The notes: generated by a model not told the origin, from the letters alone. A stretch of 64,000 nucleotides of DNA from Lama glama (GCA_028534125.1 CM052816.1:47122001-47186000), one strand, 5' to 3'. Shown: positions 1 through 13,477, numbered from the stretch's first letter. Translations and numbers: made by a program.

Positions 1-167
1 AAAAGAGATTATAAGTACTGGAAGATAAAAACTTCTGACGAAATTTCCCAGAAATCAGAACAGAAAAATAGATGGAAAAAAACAAAAAAGATGACTAGTC
101 CAGGAGATCCAAAATTCAGATAAAATAGAAAACACAAAAAACAAAAAGGGATGAGGGAGAGAAGGGT

Positions 168-746
168 TGTATTAGTTTTCTGTTACTGCATAGCAAAGTA
201 TCACATACTTAGCACCTTAAAACAGCATACATTTATTATCCCACGGTTTCCATACCCTTAGCTGGGGTCCTCTGCTCAGGCTTTACAAGGCTGCAGTGCA
301 GGAGTCAGCTTGGGCTGGGGTCTCTTCAGGGGCTCAGGATCCTCTTCTAAGCTTGTGCATTTTTTTTTTTTTGGCAGAATTCATTTCTTTATAGCTCTAG
401 AATTCAAGGTAGCTTGCTTTTTCAAGGCCAGCCAGAAAGAGCAACTTTTACTCCTAAATCCTCTTTTAAAAGGCTCACCTACCAGGTCAGGCCCACTCAG
501 GAGAATCTCTTTTTGATTAATTTAAAGTCAGCTGATTAGAGATCTATATTATATTTGCAAAATCCCTTCACCTTTGCCATATAACATTATATAATCATGG
601 GGGTGCTATTTTGATCCCTTTGCCATATTCGATTAGTTAAAAGCAAGTTAAAAGTCCTATATATACTATATAGAAGGAGATTCTGTCAAGGAATGTATAC
701 CATGGAGGGGAATCATGAAGACCAAATTAGAGTTCTGCCTACCACA
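168..746 (-). mobile_element. MaLR solo LTR (MLT1D/E-like)
   Basis: Starts tgtattagttttctgttactgc and ends ttctgcctaccaca (reverse complement TGTGGTAGGCAGAA, the MLT1D/E start). Confidence 0.85.
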
Positions 747-1184
747 GGAGAGCAGGGAATCACTAAAGATATAATACAAGACAGTTTTCCAGACTTGAAA
801 CACATGATTTTCCAGACTTAAAGAAATCACTGAATGCCAGCATAATGATGAAGACAGATCCATACCAGACTTTCAGGAAACAGCAAACCATGAGAAGATC
901 TGATAAGCTTCTGTTGAGGGGCATGTCACAAACAAAAGATCAGAGATGAAAATAGCTTTGAATTTCTAAACAGAACTACTTAAAACTCAAAGATGTTGGA
1001 AGAATGCCTTCAAATTTATGAAGCACAATGATTTCTACACTTGAATTCTATACTTATAAAAACTATCTGTTTAGGCTCAGGATATAGTAAAGACATTTTC
1101 AACATGTAAGATCTCAGTTATTTCTGACGTACCTTTCCTCAGAAGAATGCCTTCAAATTTGCTTCATCAAAAATGGGAGAAAAT

Positions 1185-1425
1185 GGGGGAGAAGGTTAGA
1201 TTAGGAGTTTGGGATTAACAGATACAGATTACTATATATAAAATGGATAAACAACAAAGACCTACTGTATAGCACATAGAACTATATTCAATTTCTCATA
1301 ATAAGCTATAGTGGAAAAGAATCTGAAATACACACACATATATATGTATAACTCAATCACTTTGCTGTACCCCTGAAACATTATAAATCAACTACACTTC
1401 AATAAAAAATAAAATTTAAAAAAAA
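1185..1425 (+). mobile_element. 5'-truncated L1, 3' UTR only (cetartiodactyl type)
   Basis: 'ggagtttgggattaacagatac...ctactgtatagcaca...tcaactacacttcaataaaaa' plus A-tail; TSD core ggagaaaat at 1176-1184 and 1429-1437. Confidence 0.85.
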
Positions 1426-2334
1426 GGAGGAGAAAATCAAGAAAGAGAATACAGGAGAATTAGCAGAAGAATAAGGCAAAGGGAATCCCAAGATCATGGT
1501 AAAGGAAGATTCCAAACAACCATAATGCAGGGTTGAGAAAGCAGCACACCCAGAATGGGGAAAGTTGCAAGGCTTCAAGAGAGATTTCTTCTATAAAATG
1601 AAATTCAGAATGGGGAATGAAGTTGTTAGACTACTTCCTGCATCTTAATATACTTGAGAGAGATTTAGACTATTGACATAGTGTTTTGACTTGAATTAGT
1701 GATAGATAACTCAGAGAAAATTAAGAAAATAGCAACATAAAATGATTATCAAAAATTGTGCAGGAAAAGGAAAGAAATCCTGATTTATTACATGGTGCAG
1801 ATATGAATAATGTTTACATAGTAATAATAATGTCAACATAAAAGTGAGGTATAAGTGTATGTGGCGAATGAGAGAGTGGGAAGATTGTGCATGTGTTATA
1901 CGGGCATGAGGAAAGTAAAGCTAGATCTTCAACTTCTACTGCAATAGATCTAGAGATAATGCCTAAAACTGTGAAAACAAGAAGAGGCTATGCTGCATGC
2001 TATTTGGACTTCAGGAGGTAAATATCAAAAGATCAGCCCAAAAGAGTGGAATTATTTTTGGAAAAGAGAAACTAGAACAGAGGGAGAGGAGGCAGAAGAC
2101 TACCATTTCTCTATAAAAAGACTCATAAATCTATTTTAAATTTTAAACTGTGCATATATAACTCTGATTAAAAAATACAAAATAGATAAGCACAAAGAAA
2201 TGGTGAGACAAAGCAATTATCTATACAAACTGCTTTACTTTTCATACTAGATATATTAACTATTTAATTCCTTATATAAGTTCACTATAAAGTAATGCTC
2301 ATTTTGTTGTTGTGTTTTCAAATCAAGTTTACCA

Positions 2335-2760
2335 GAACTTAAACATCAAATGTTCTCTTTCAAAGCTTTCCCTTTAAGAAGTTAGACACTTAGTCCAAAG
2401 TTGTTGCAACTACCTGGAATATTTTCAGAACTGTTTTTAGAATTTCAAAGCCTGTGGTGGACTTCTTTAAATAACTTCAAAGGTGTCAATTCATGGATTT
2501 AACATTTTGAAAGAACCAGAAATCATCGGAAATCACATTAGATTTGAGTGGTCAAGCTAGCTAAAGCTATTTTGGGTAGAAATCAAGGTATGAAAATAAT
2601 ACAACTGATTTCTTGGATGGCTTATAAAGTAGCTATAAAGAGGACTTTAAAAAAGGATTCCAAAAGTATTTTGTCTTTGAAGCATAATTATTACAAATAT
2701 GTGTATGAGGCTACATTTATAGTCAGGTATTCTCATAAGGAAGTTAACGATATTCTTCAT
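2335..2760. mobile_element. Non-autonomous mariner (MARNA-like) relic
   Basis: Resembles the MARNA consensus across 'agaatttcaaagcctgtgg...ttttgaaagaaccagaaatcatcgg...gtcaagct...ggattccaaaagtattttg'. Confidence 0.6.
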
Positions 2761-3329
2761 GAAGCACACAAACAAAAATCTATATTAGAAACCTGCAGAA
2801 GTGATTTTAGGGGAAACTTGCCAAATAAGGTAATATTGCTTAAATATGGTAGATTTTCCTCTTTCTCCTAAATCCAAGTAGGATTAACCTACTCACTGAA
2901 GTTAGCAGAGAGCCTTGTATAACTATAATTTATTTTCTTCTCTCAAGAGAAGAGAGATGACTAACAGTAAACCCACACCTTTGAGTGAACTTCTGCCTGC
3001 TCCTAGGTAAGCCATCTAAGACAAGTGGAGCAATTGCCGTCTCATGAGCTCTGGTACTGCTGAATTGATGAATCCTTTCTTCAGTGATGAGTGACAAGGC
3101 TAGCGTGGTACCGAAGTCTTTTACGCTTTCTCAGAAATGCTTAACTGGACCTCACCAACGGAGGGCTTCTGATACCCTATGGCTGGTTTTGATCACGTTC
3201 TCAACTATGGGGACCTTGTGGGCATCCAGCTCTTTCTACTGAGTGGACTTTCCCAAGCTTATTGGACTATTACCTGGGTGTACAAGAAGACTGACAGCTG
3301 TCCACTATTCTTTCTTCTTGAGGGGAAAA

Positions 3330-3497
3330 AAAAAAGCTACATTTCCCATGCCATCATGCAGATAGGTTAGCTAATGGAACATGAGTAGAAGAATGATGTA
3401 CCTCTCCCAGGTCCAGCCCTTTCTGCCATCTGGACACAGATGATAAGGAGGCACTAGGGGATGGTGGAACCAGGAGCCGGAAGGAGCCTAGGGTCCT
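3330..3497 (+). mobile_element. Old MaLR LTR fragment (MLT1I/J-like)
   Basis: 'ctacatttccca...gctaatggaacatgagtagaag...ggaaggagcctagggtcc' matches the MLT1I/J core. Confidence 0.6.
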
Positions 3498-5690
3498 AGT
3501 CATCATGTCTCCTTAGGTGATTGTGGCTGTGACAGTTTTTTCAGACTTTCCTTTGTTTTGATGACATTGACAGTTTTGTGGCGTACTGGTCAGGTATTTT
3601 GTAGAACGGCCCTTAATTGGAATCTGTCTGATTTTTTTTCATGATTAGACTGGAATAATGGGTTTGGGGGAGGAAGATCACAGAGGTAAAAGTTCATTCT
3701 CATCAGATCATTATCAAGAGTACATACTATCAGTGTGACTTATCCCTGTTAATCTTAACCTTGATCATCTGGCTGAGGTGATGTTTTTCAGGTTTCTCCA
3801 AAGTTATCCTTTCCCCCTTTCCATACTATATTCCTTGTAAGGAAGTCACTATACATGGCCCACATTTAAAGAGCAGGGTGTTATGTTCCACCTCCTTGAA
3901 GGACGAGAAGGATAAGTATCTGCATAAATCAGTTGGAACTCTTCTGCATAGGAGATTTAGCTATTTCCTCTTATTATATATGTGTGTGTGTGTATATATA
4001 TATTCAGTATAGACTCTTGGATATTTAGTTTATACTTCTGGTTACAATCCAGTGTTATTATATTTATTTACATGCCAAAAATTGTACACTTTGGTCATTG
4101 GGAATTCTTTCAATTAGCTCCTATCTCCCTTTGACACTTACTCATTATGTTTTTTTGGTTTTGCTTTTGTTTTTTTCAGTGCTTTCTTTAATTTTTGGCA
4201 CTGTAAGATGCTCCAGATTCATCTTGTATATTTCCTGCCCAAGTCTAGGGATTGACCATTTCTCCAAGAAGCCCTGATTCCTTTTAGTGGAATGGTATTA
4301 GAAAACATGATCTGGGTACTGGTTTACTTATTTCCACTGGGGTATCCTTGCTCTACTTTCTCTCAGAAAGAGAAACAGAGCAAGAAAATACATGTGTGTA
4401 TACTAACCCCTGTATATGTCCATATCTATAAGTCTCTCTCTATATATATCCATCTATATCTATATTAAGCAAAATATGAGTTCATATTGAAGTTGCCAAC
4501 TCTAATCCATTACATTGTGAACCATTCTGGCCTTCTCCCCTTGCTGATGTGAAACTTCCCACTACAACAGAGAGGAACCTGGCTCTTGCCACGCCATCCA
4601 TCATCCATTTGCTTAATTGTTCATCTCCAGTATATATGTACACTGGTTCAAAATTGTTAACTTAGACCCCAAGGAAAACAACTTGATCAGCTAGAACATG
4701 GTGCTCATGTACAATTGCTTTTGCCTTTAGTCTTACAAATTCTACTAATTTCCAAAGTTTCTTAGGCCAGCAACTTATTCCCCAACTACCTGTAGAGAAA
4801 TTGTTTCATACATTTGTAGTGCAATTAGATTCCTGTGTCATGACCTGCATTCCACCCTGGGATCCCCTGAACTCCTAAATGATATTTTAAAATCTGCATA
4901 CATCAAGGTTAACTCTTTGCATATAAAATTCTGTGAATTTTGACAAATGTATGGTATCGTGTAGCCAATCATTACAGTAAAATACTGAAGAGTTTCACCA
5001 CCTTAAAATTCCCCTGTGCTTCTCCTAATCAACCCTCCCTCCCCCCACTGTTGGTAACCACTGATCTTTTTCCTGTCTCTATATATTCTTTTCCAGAATG
5101 TTATACAAATGAAATCACACATTCTATAGCCTTTTCAAAATGACTTCTTTCACTTAGCAATATGCATTTAAGATTTATCTTTCTTTGCATAGCTTGACAG
5201 CTCATTTCTCTTTATTGCTAAATAGTATTCCATTGTATGAATGGTTAAAAGTTTGTTTAGCCATTTACCTATTAAAGGACATCTTGGTTACTTCCAATTT
5301 TTGAAATTCTGAATAAACATTCATATACAGGTTTTTGTGTGGACATAAGTTTTCAAATCAATTGAGTAAATACTTAGGAGCATGGTTTGCTGGATTGAAT
5401 GGCAAGATTATATTTAGCTTTGTAATAAATGACCAAACTGTTTTCCAAAATGGCAGTGCCATTTTTCATTGAGAAGTCCTCTTGTTCCACATCCTCACCA
5501 GCCATAGATATTGTCATTTAAAAATTTTTATCCATTCTAATATGTGTGTAGTGGTATCCATTGCTGTTTTAATTTGCATTTCCATAATGACAAATGATGT
5601 TGAGCATTTTTTATATGTCTAATTGCTGTCTGAATATTTTCTTTAGTCCATGCTTTGTATATTTCCTGTACCCATCCTAGAATCAGCCAT
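3498..5690 (-). mobile_element. L1MC/L1MD-class LINE, long 3' UTR plus ORF2 end
   Basis: Typical L1MC/MD 3' UTR motifs (gatgacattgacagtttt..., accatttctccaagaagccctg) running into antisense ORF2 C-terminal sequence (5200-5644). Confidence 0.85.
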
Positions 5691-6074
5691 CTCTGAATGG
5701 TTGACTGGATTTCATGTTTTTTAGTTACAGTAATGTTCTAATCATTAAACACCATGACTGGTGTTTTCAGAATACTCCAAATCTTGGTCTCACCTTTTAG
5801 ACATAGTATCTTGCATTACTTTTAATGCTCTAATCTCTTTCTTTAACTGTAAATTTGTATTATTTTAGATCTCAGAGAGCAGTCTTATTTCTAAATCCTT
5901 AAAGTGAGAAAGAGACAATTTCATTGTTGCTTCATAAAAGTCCTAAACTTTTCTTTCTTTAAAATATTATTCTATTTAACTTCAGCCATACTTCAGATAT
6001 TTTTGAGCTGATTGGCTTACAGCATAGGTTTTCCTTCATTATCCTAATATTTTCTTTTAAGCTTTTGTTTCGTG

Positions 6075-6230
6075 CAGTGATTCCGAAACTTTGGTGGTGC
6101 ATATTGGAATCTCAGAGAGCCAAAAAAAATAACACAGTAGTACAGGTTCATTAAGATAGGGCCTGGGCCTTAGTATTTTTATCAAGCTCCCCAGGTGTTT
6201 TTGATACCGACCAAAGCCTGAGACCCATCG
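6075..6230. mobile_element. MER5-family hAT-Charlie MITE
   Basis: 'cagtgattccgaaactttgg...gcatattggaatc...aagctccccaggtg...ccaaagcctgagaccca'. Confidence 0.7.
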
Positions 6231-9200
6231 GTTTGGTGTTTGGAGCTGAGGGACAATTTAACCTTGAATAGAAAACACACAAACAGCCTGTCTAGACATT
6301 GATAATAGCTTTAGAGGCTAGTGTCTTGCTCTGTCCCCAGCCTAATACTTCACTGGATTTGTGCACAAAATTTTTGTCTAGGGTTGAAATTAAACATCAG
6401 TAGAATATTTTTACAGTATAAGATGATATGAAAAACTGGTTTATTCTGTACAGTTCACCAAAGGAGCATTTTAAAACCAACTGGACACATCATATCAAGT
6501 TAAATTAAAACTGTTAAAAGATGTGCTCCAGAATTTGCATTTGAAGAAGTACACTATGACATATAGGTTGGACAATCCATACATCTTTCATATTACTGGT
6601 TCACTACTCCTCTATACAATACAAATTAAATGGCAGGTTTTTTTTTTTTTATAGCAAAGCATTAACCTAAATTGGGAAGACCAGATTCAACAATGCAGCA
6701 TTTTATAACTAGAAAGCAACTATTTCTCAGATTTTTTTTGTTAAAAACTCAAGTCTTCATGTGCTTTGTGTCGTTCTAAGCTATGGCTAATATTCAATAT
6801 AACATAAGATGGCACAGTTCCATTCCAAAGAAAAACTTCATCACATCAAAACATTATTTGCATATTCATAAGATTCCACCTTCAGGCAGAGACATGAGCT
6901 CTTTTACTTGCAAACTATTACATCAATAGAAATATACAAATATGCATCAAGAAAAATGCGAATAAGGACATTAAATGAAAAAATGTTCACTCACCAGTGC
7001 ACAATTTAGTATCAGGTGGAGAGTATGCTTGCTTGATTACAAAGTAAATTTTAAAGGGAAATAATTGTGCTCATTGTTCATCTAAATATTTAATCTCCAT
7101 TATTACTAATAATTTCTGATACTGATGAGTGTACTTCTGTGCAACTGTTTGAATTTGCTAGCAAATATATTAACATGACTTTTTTGGAAAACGTATTTAA
7201 GATTTACCTGAGGGGCTATTTTTTAAAATCAAAATAACACACCAAGGCTGGTTGAAAGCACTTTGGTTTTTCAAAGGTCTCTCCAAGCTCAACTGTAATC
7301 CAGAAATGAGTATTTTCCCATGGAAATATCAACTGCTTGAGCCACCTTTGCAAAAACTAGTTAAGCTATTCATTCTACCAGTAACTAATGGTTACTCTTA
7401 TGAGATATTATATTTCCCTAAACTTTTGCTGTAAGGATAACTTTATAATCACTACCAAGCAGATACAAATTTTTTCATCCTTTTAAGAAATTCAGATTCC
7501 TCCTCTCAATCTTATTTTCAGCATGTTTGGATATATCTAAACTTTGTTCTGAGTCAGTCAATTATCAGATAATTTCCATCTTTCCTCTAAGTTAAAAGAG
7601 ATCTTATTCTTTCCATTTAATACTAATCCTGGAAAGCAAGAAATACATGAAAACAACCAAAATCTTTAATGGCTATGATTTGTTAATCCCTGAAAATTTT
7701 CAGATATTTCTGCTTGACCCCCCTGAAGCCCTAACTGTTACAGGGCAGCATCAGCAGAGCATTTTGAACATTCATGGGACACAAATCCTATTAGTGAGGG
7801 AGAATCTAAATCAGTTTTTGTATATAATACATGTAATTATTAATTGACTGATGAGGAACAAAAGAGGCCCTCCGTAGATAAACAGAAAGTTGACTTTGTT
7901 AAACATCCCCATGCTATTCCATTTCAACAGTTCTAAAGTCAGTTTGAGGTGAGACTATCACTATTTCCATAAGCTAAAGCTGCCTGATGTAGCTGGCTTC
8001 AGAAACCAAAGAGAGCCTGCCGCAGTTGGTAGAGATGCTGACTTGTGAGGCCCAGGCCATTATTTACTGGTGTCTAGACTTAGAGCTTCTTTAACCTCAG
8101 GGCCCCCCAAAAGGGACAACTTTCGGGGTCAGCAAAGTCCTTTGGTTGTATTTTCATCAGAACTGAGGATCAGTAGGTGGGGATGCCATGCCTCAACCTT
8201 GGAACACATTAGGGCATGGGCCAAGAGCACTTCTGCACAGCTTTTGAAGGCAGATGCCATCAGGCTGTTAACTCACTCCCTAGCCTCAGAGCACATGGCA
8301 CTGTCTTTATTCTTTACATGGTTTCCTTATAAAGCAATGGAGAGGTTTTAAGATTCCATTCTTGACCTATAAGACCTTTGGTGACCCTGCTCCTGCGCCC
8401 TGAGCAAACTACCTTCCCCATTCATCCACTGCAGGTGTGAGGCTATTGTTCACATCTATTAACTAGATGTTTTGAAAAAGACCTTAAATTTTCTTCAGTG
8501 CACATCTAGAACAGGTCTCTCAATTTTAAGTTCTCATATTCATGCTAAGACTTTGATATACGTAGGCCACAAGTGAGAAAATGACTACACATTTAACTTA
8601 AATTCTTATTGTCATTCTCAAAGACCAATTTTAAAGGATTTGAATGTACCTGAACTATAAATATTTTTTAAGTAAAATAACCAACTCAAAAGATACAGGA
8701 AGAAGAAAATGTCCAAAACTGTCATACATATTTTCAAAGAAATAAAGTCCCCAGTGAGAGTTATCGTTGAAACTGTATTCTTGTTTAGTAGTTAAACCAA
8801 GTCATAATACCCTGCAGGTCTTTCTTGTACACCCTACAATTCTCAGCAAGAATCCACCTTTTTGCTCAGTAAGTTTATTCTTAATTCAAAACAGAAAAAT
8901 GGCTTCACCGTTGATAAGTAAATTAAAAGTTAGCTTTAGAAAACAGTAGCAATTTCATAAATGAAATGGAGAGAGTAATTTTCACACCTGTGTGTCAAAA
9001 GATAAGTCCCAAGTCTACCATTTGCTTACCTAAAATACATAAAGATATTTTATGAATATTTATACATGAAACCTTCTTACAATTGTAAAAATTAAGTTCT
9101 TTACTCCCCAGATTTGAAAAACACCAGTTTGTTTGACCTAAACACCACATAAAAGGGATTTTGGAATTTTGGTGCCAGAAGAAGAATGCTTAGTTGAAAA

Positions 9201-9748
9201 GGAAAGATGATTTCTAAAACAAATTCAGTGTGTGTGTTTGTATGTATGTGTACTTGCATGAATGTACATGCATAGTTACCTGTTACATTAAATCAAAACA
9301 CTGTTGACGTTGATCACTATCCTCACCTGCAGATGGGGCTGAAAAGCTATTTCATAGTCAATAACATATTTATATAACATATTATGGATGAGTGAAGTTT
9401 GGTTTGTGGCATTAGCTCTTTTGTAGCTGCTGCTGTCTGTGTCTTTGCCTCTTAGACCCTGTCAACACCTAAGGACAGAGCGTTCTGACCACCAACACCA
9501 ACATCTATACACCATCTCTAGGGTGGCCAGGCAGTCAGAGATCTGGGCATATTCTTCATCTGATTAATCTGCTGTGTAGAAAAAATGAGCTGGTTGAAGA
9601 GCTGTAGCCCAAACTGTTCTCAAAATGTTCTCTGACTTTGGATATGAAGATATGAAGAAGTGATTTTACTTTGTAAGGTAAAGGACTAGGATAACTAGAT
9701 AAGTTAGTTTTGCCAAGAACAAAAAAAGAATTTCAGTGAATGAGTCAC

Positions 9749-10131
9749 TGTTATGGACTGAAGGTTTGTGTCCCACCAAAATTCATATGTTGATACCCTA
9801 ACTCCCAATATGACTATATTTATAAATAGGAACTTTATGGAAGTAATTACAGTTAAATGGGGTCAGAGGGGTGCACCCTAATCTAATGAGATTGATTTCC
9901 TTATAAGAGGAGGAGAAGACACCAGAGAGCTCTCACTCTCCTCCATCTGAGGACGCATCAAGAAGGGGGCTGTCTGTAAGACAGAAAGAGAATCCTCACC
10001 AGAAACCAAACGTGCTAGTGAGCCCTGTGTTCTTGAACTTTCCAGCCTCCAGAACTGAGAAGATAAATTTGTATTGTTTAAGCCACCCAGTCTGTGCTAT
10101 TTTGTTGTGGCAGCTAGAGCAGACTAATACA
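9749..10131 (+). mobile_element. MaLR solo LTR (MLT1A/B-like), complete
   Basis: TG...CA termini (tgttatggactg...gactaataca) and a perfect 5-bp TSD GTCAC at 9744-9748 and 10132-10136. Confidence 0.95.
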
Positions 10132-11107
10132 GTCACTGAAAATTCATTCCTAGGCACCCTGGAAAACAGGAGAGCAGGGAAGAAGGCAGATTTAATTTGA
10201 CTGTAAATGTATTGGCCATTACCTGTTCTATCCAAACTAGGGCAAATAGGCAGACCAAAGAAAAGCCTTTAGCTGTCAGTGAGGATGGCAGAGTTACACC
10301 AGAAAATGAGTCATTTAAAAAGTTTTCTGGAAACAAGTCTCCTCCTTAGGTCCCTTTATTGATACACTGTACCTAATTCCTGAGCTTGGCTAATTCCAGA
10401 AGGGAAACAAAATTATTAACACAGTCTATATAAATTTACCCTGTAGTCTTTTAATATTTTATTGTTAAATTATTTTTTTAATAATATAAAAAGCACCTGT
10501 GAAGCCCGACTCAAAACAAAAGTTCAGACCTTACCAAAAACCTATAATTACCTTCTAGGTCTCTACCAACCCATCTCCAAATTGATACAGCCAGCATCCT
10601 ACATCCTGTTTCCTAATTCTTTTGTTTTCTTTTTTATATTTTAGTGCACTTTAAATCATAGTTAAAGGAATGTTTTTATTTTGTTTTTAATGTTACAACA
10701 AGAGCATCACACTATATGTGCTCCCTTTCCATGCCAAATTGTATTAGGCAATGAGCTCTCTTCTTTTATGGCTTTTTTGAGGTTAAGTGGAAGAGAGCAT
10801 TCAAAATATCCTTGCATCTTGGGCTTTCTGTCATACACTCAGTGTTCCTTCAGGTACAGTGATCTTTCCCAGCACAGTCAACAACCAGGCGTAAGTGCAA
10901 TCACAACCAGACAGAAATTTGGCACATAGGTTACAGTTCACCTTGTGTGTCACTGGCTTGCAGAATCTTGGTTGTAGTGGTCAGGTTAAACACCTGCTTG
11001 TTCTGGATGTCCATCTGTAACAGTGTTTGATGAGAAATGGAAGGGAACAAAACAACTCTGTGGTTATATTAAATATATAATGCTCACATCGTTTATAACT
11101 ATTGATG

Positions 11108-11430
11108 TTGCAGTTAATGAAAATCCAACTGAAACTGGCTTTGGTAGAGAGGGGTTACTGGCTCGACTGTGAAGTAACACAGATGGAGTGGTCTTCAGAT
11201 CTGGTTTGATTCAGTGATTCAAAGACATCAATACAGAGTTTGCTCGTTTTATTGGTCTCTCTTTTTGTCTTCTACATTATCATCTCCATCCTAAAGTTAG
11301 TTTCTCTTGCAGAGGCAAAATGCTATAGAAAGAGGAAGCTGGTTTTTAGAAGCTACCACAGAAAAGTAAGGTACCTTCTTTCTTAGAAACCTCCAGGAAA
11401 GCCAATCTCATGTCTCATTAGCTTGAATTA
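11108..11430 (-). mobile_element. Old LTR fragment (MLT1J/K or LTR33-like)
   Basis: 'ttgcagttaatgaaaatccaactgaaactggctt...tactggctc...gtcttcagatctggtttgattcag' resembles the antisense 3' end of these LTRs. Confidence 0.5.
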
Positions 11431-11575
11431 GTAAACTTTTTGTGATACTTCACCCAACAGTCTCTCCAAAATGTTTGTTATTAATTACTTAACAGCCCCA
11501 AATACCCTCTGTTTTTGACTTACATAACTTTAACTTACTATATCTAAAAACTATACTCAGTAATGTATTAATGCC

Positions 11576-11717
11576 AGATCAACAATTGTATCAAATGTAC
11601 GACATCAACGCAAGGTGTTAATAGGGGAAACAGGGGGACTGCAAGGAGTATACTTTCTGCACAATTTTTCTATAAAAATAAAATTGCTCTACAAATGAAG
11701 TCTATCTTTTAAAAAAT
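11576..11717 (+). mobile_element. L1MC-class 3' terminal fragment
   Basis: 'aattgtatcaaatgtac...gtgttaataggggaaac...tactttctgcacaatttttctat...aagtctat' plus A-tail. Confidence 0.7.
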
Positions 11718-12024
11718 AGTGTACTCAGAATCTTCTGGCAAGTTGCCTTTGTGTTATGCACACAGTGATATTCACGAATTGTGTTCTCCACTGTCTTCTT
11801 TGGCGTTAACTTCCAAATTTATTCCTACCTGAACCCCTTCCCTCCATCTTGGACGGCAACATGGATACACTTCCTGTGTAGCAACATTAAATATCCCCTA
11901 AACCATGCCAATACACATTATTCCTTCAAGCCTAATATCGATATTATCTGCTCATTTCTCAATGAAGTTTACAAATATACAGTCTAATAAGAAATGTATT
12001 TAACTTATATCTCTTCTGATATTT

Positions 12025-12155
12025 TTCTTTTCTGGAGAGGGGAGTAAGTAATTAGGTTTATTTACTTATTTTTTTAGAGGAGGTACTGGGGATTGAACCT
12101 AGGACCTTGTGCATGTTAAGCATGCACTCTACAACTTCAACTATACGCTCCCCCC
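12025..12155 (-). mobile_element. tRNA-Ala-derived SINE (camelid Vic-1-like)
   Basis: Minus strand GGGGGGAGCGTATAG...GTAGAGTGCATGCTTAACATGCACAAGGTCCTAGGTTCAATCCCCAGTACCTCC plus A-rich tail; TSD ctgatattt at 12016-12024 and 12158-12166. Confidence 0.9.
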
Positions 12156-12821
12156 AACTGATATTTGTGAATATAATGATTGGTCAAAAATAAAGATTTG
12201 TGAACAGAATGAAATAAGAATACATCCAAAATAATGCTTGTAAATAATTATTTGATGATTATTTTTCCTTTGTTTTGTTTCTGCATATTCAAAAGAATGT
12301 GGCATTTATATTTATTTTTAGTTGGAATACTTTTTGATTAAGTAGAAGAATATCAATATCCTGGGGTATAAATAGCTCTAGCTGAGAGCAAACAAAGGCT
12401 TTTGGGTGCTATGTAATGCGGAGCCAATTCAGTTATCATAAATTTCACTTCTAACAAAAGACATCAGGGTTAACAAAATTGTTTAATTTGCTTAGGCAGG
12501 ATGAACCTTGTGCCTCTGCAAATTATTGCATGAGCTTTATGTTGAATAATGCTCTAGAGAGATACTTTTTTCTCCATTTATACCCTAGTAGGAGTTAACT
12601 TCTAGTTTATTTCAAGTACATAATATATGTGGAAAAGTGCTTGCAAATTAGAGGAATTATTGTAACACAAGTCTGCCTTAAGACATACAGGCACTCAAGT
12701 TAAACAGGAATTACGTTCTTTAGCTAACAGATTTATGGAATGTAATGAAATTTTGCTACTGGGTAGTAAGAATAGACTGCATAGCCTATTTCAGTGGAGA
12801 ATTGAAAAGTAGGAGACAATG

Positions 12822-12918
12822 TTGAGAAAGAACAATGAATTTGGAGTCAGAAGCCCTGTATGACCTTGAGCACTTGACTCTTTAAACCTTAGTTTCTTTA
12901 TCTATAACTTAGAAAATC
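12822..12918 (+). mobile_element. MIR SINE fragment
   Basis: 'tttggagtcagaag...tgtatgaccttgagca...ccttagtttctttatctataa' MIR core. Confidence 0.7.
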
Positions 12919-13306
12919 TAGGCTATATTATTATTAGGATCAAATTATATAATAGATGTGAATGTGTTTTATGCCTTTCAAAGAACTATGTTCATTTAAA
13001 ATGTTCCCATATAAGAGGTAGGGGGCTATCCTATGGAGGCATGTGAAATAGGGTAAAAGGGATATTCTGTGATGTATAGGGTAAGATGCGTTAATGAAGA
13101 AACTCCTTGCTAAAAATCTCAATAAATCCAGGTGAGTGTTCTGAGAACTGTCTTAGGGAAAGTGTATGTAGCAAAGCTTCTCAATCAAGTACACAAGAGA
13201 ATTACACCATTCTGGTAAGAATATCTATTCAGCATGTATATTTGAAGTAACAAAGTTCACAAGAGATCTCAAGGAGCACCCTCATTTAAGAATCACTGGT
13301 CTAGAG

Positions 13307-13477
13307 CAGAAGTTAGCAACCTTTTTTCTGTAAGATCTAGATAGTCCTTATTTTAGCATTTGCAGGCACATAAGGTGTCTGTCTTATCTTCTTTGTCTTT
13401 GGTGTTTTACAACCCTTTAAAAATGTGAAGAACTTTCTTAACTTCCCAGCCATACAATAACAAGCCAGGGGCAGAGT
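13307..13477. mobile_element. MER58-family hAT-Charlie MITE
   Basis: 'cagaagttagcaaccttttttctgtaag...tagatagt...ttttagcatttgcagg...acaaccctttaaaaatgt'. Confidence 0.7.

Larger units (their letters stand above)
1..2185 (+). mobile_element. HAL1 (half-L1) ancient LINE relic, interrupted by an MaLR LTR and a younger L1 3' end
   Basis: Degraded L1 ORF1-like sequence (750-1170) is followed, with no ORF2, by the HAL1-type stretch 'aagggaatcccaagatcatggtaaaggaagattcc' (~1478-1513) and an A-rich 3' end near 2180. Confidence 0.7.

Noticed and set aside
9020..9050. Recursive-splice-like YAG|GTAAG motifs (minus strand here and at ~51408-51420; plus strand at ~3003-3011)
   Set aside because: They occur on both strands with modest pyrimidine tracts; a few such short motifs are expected by chance in 64 kb of AT-rich DNA.
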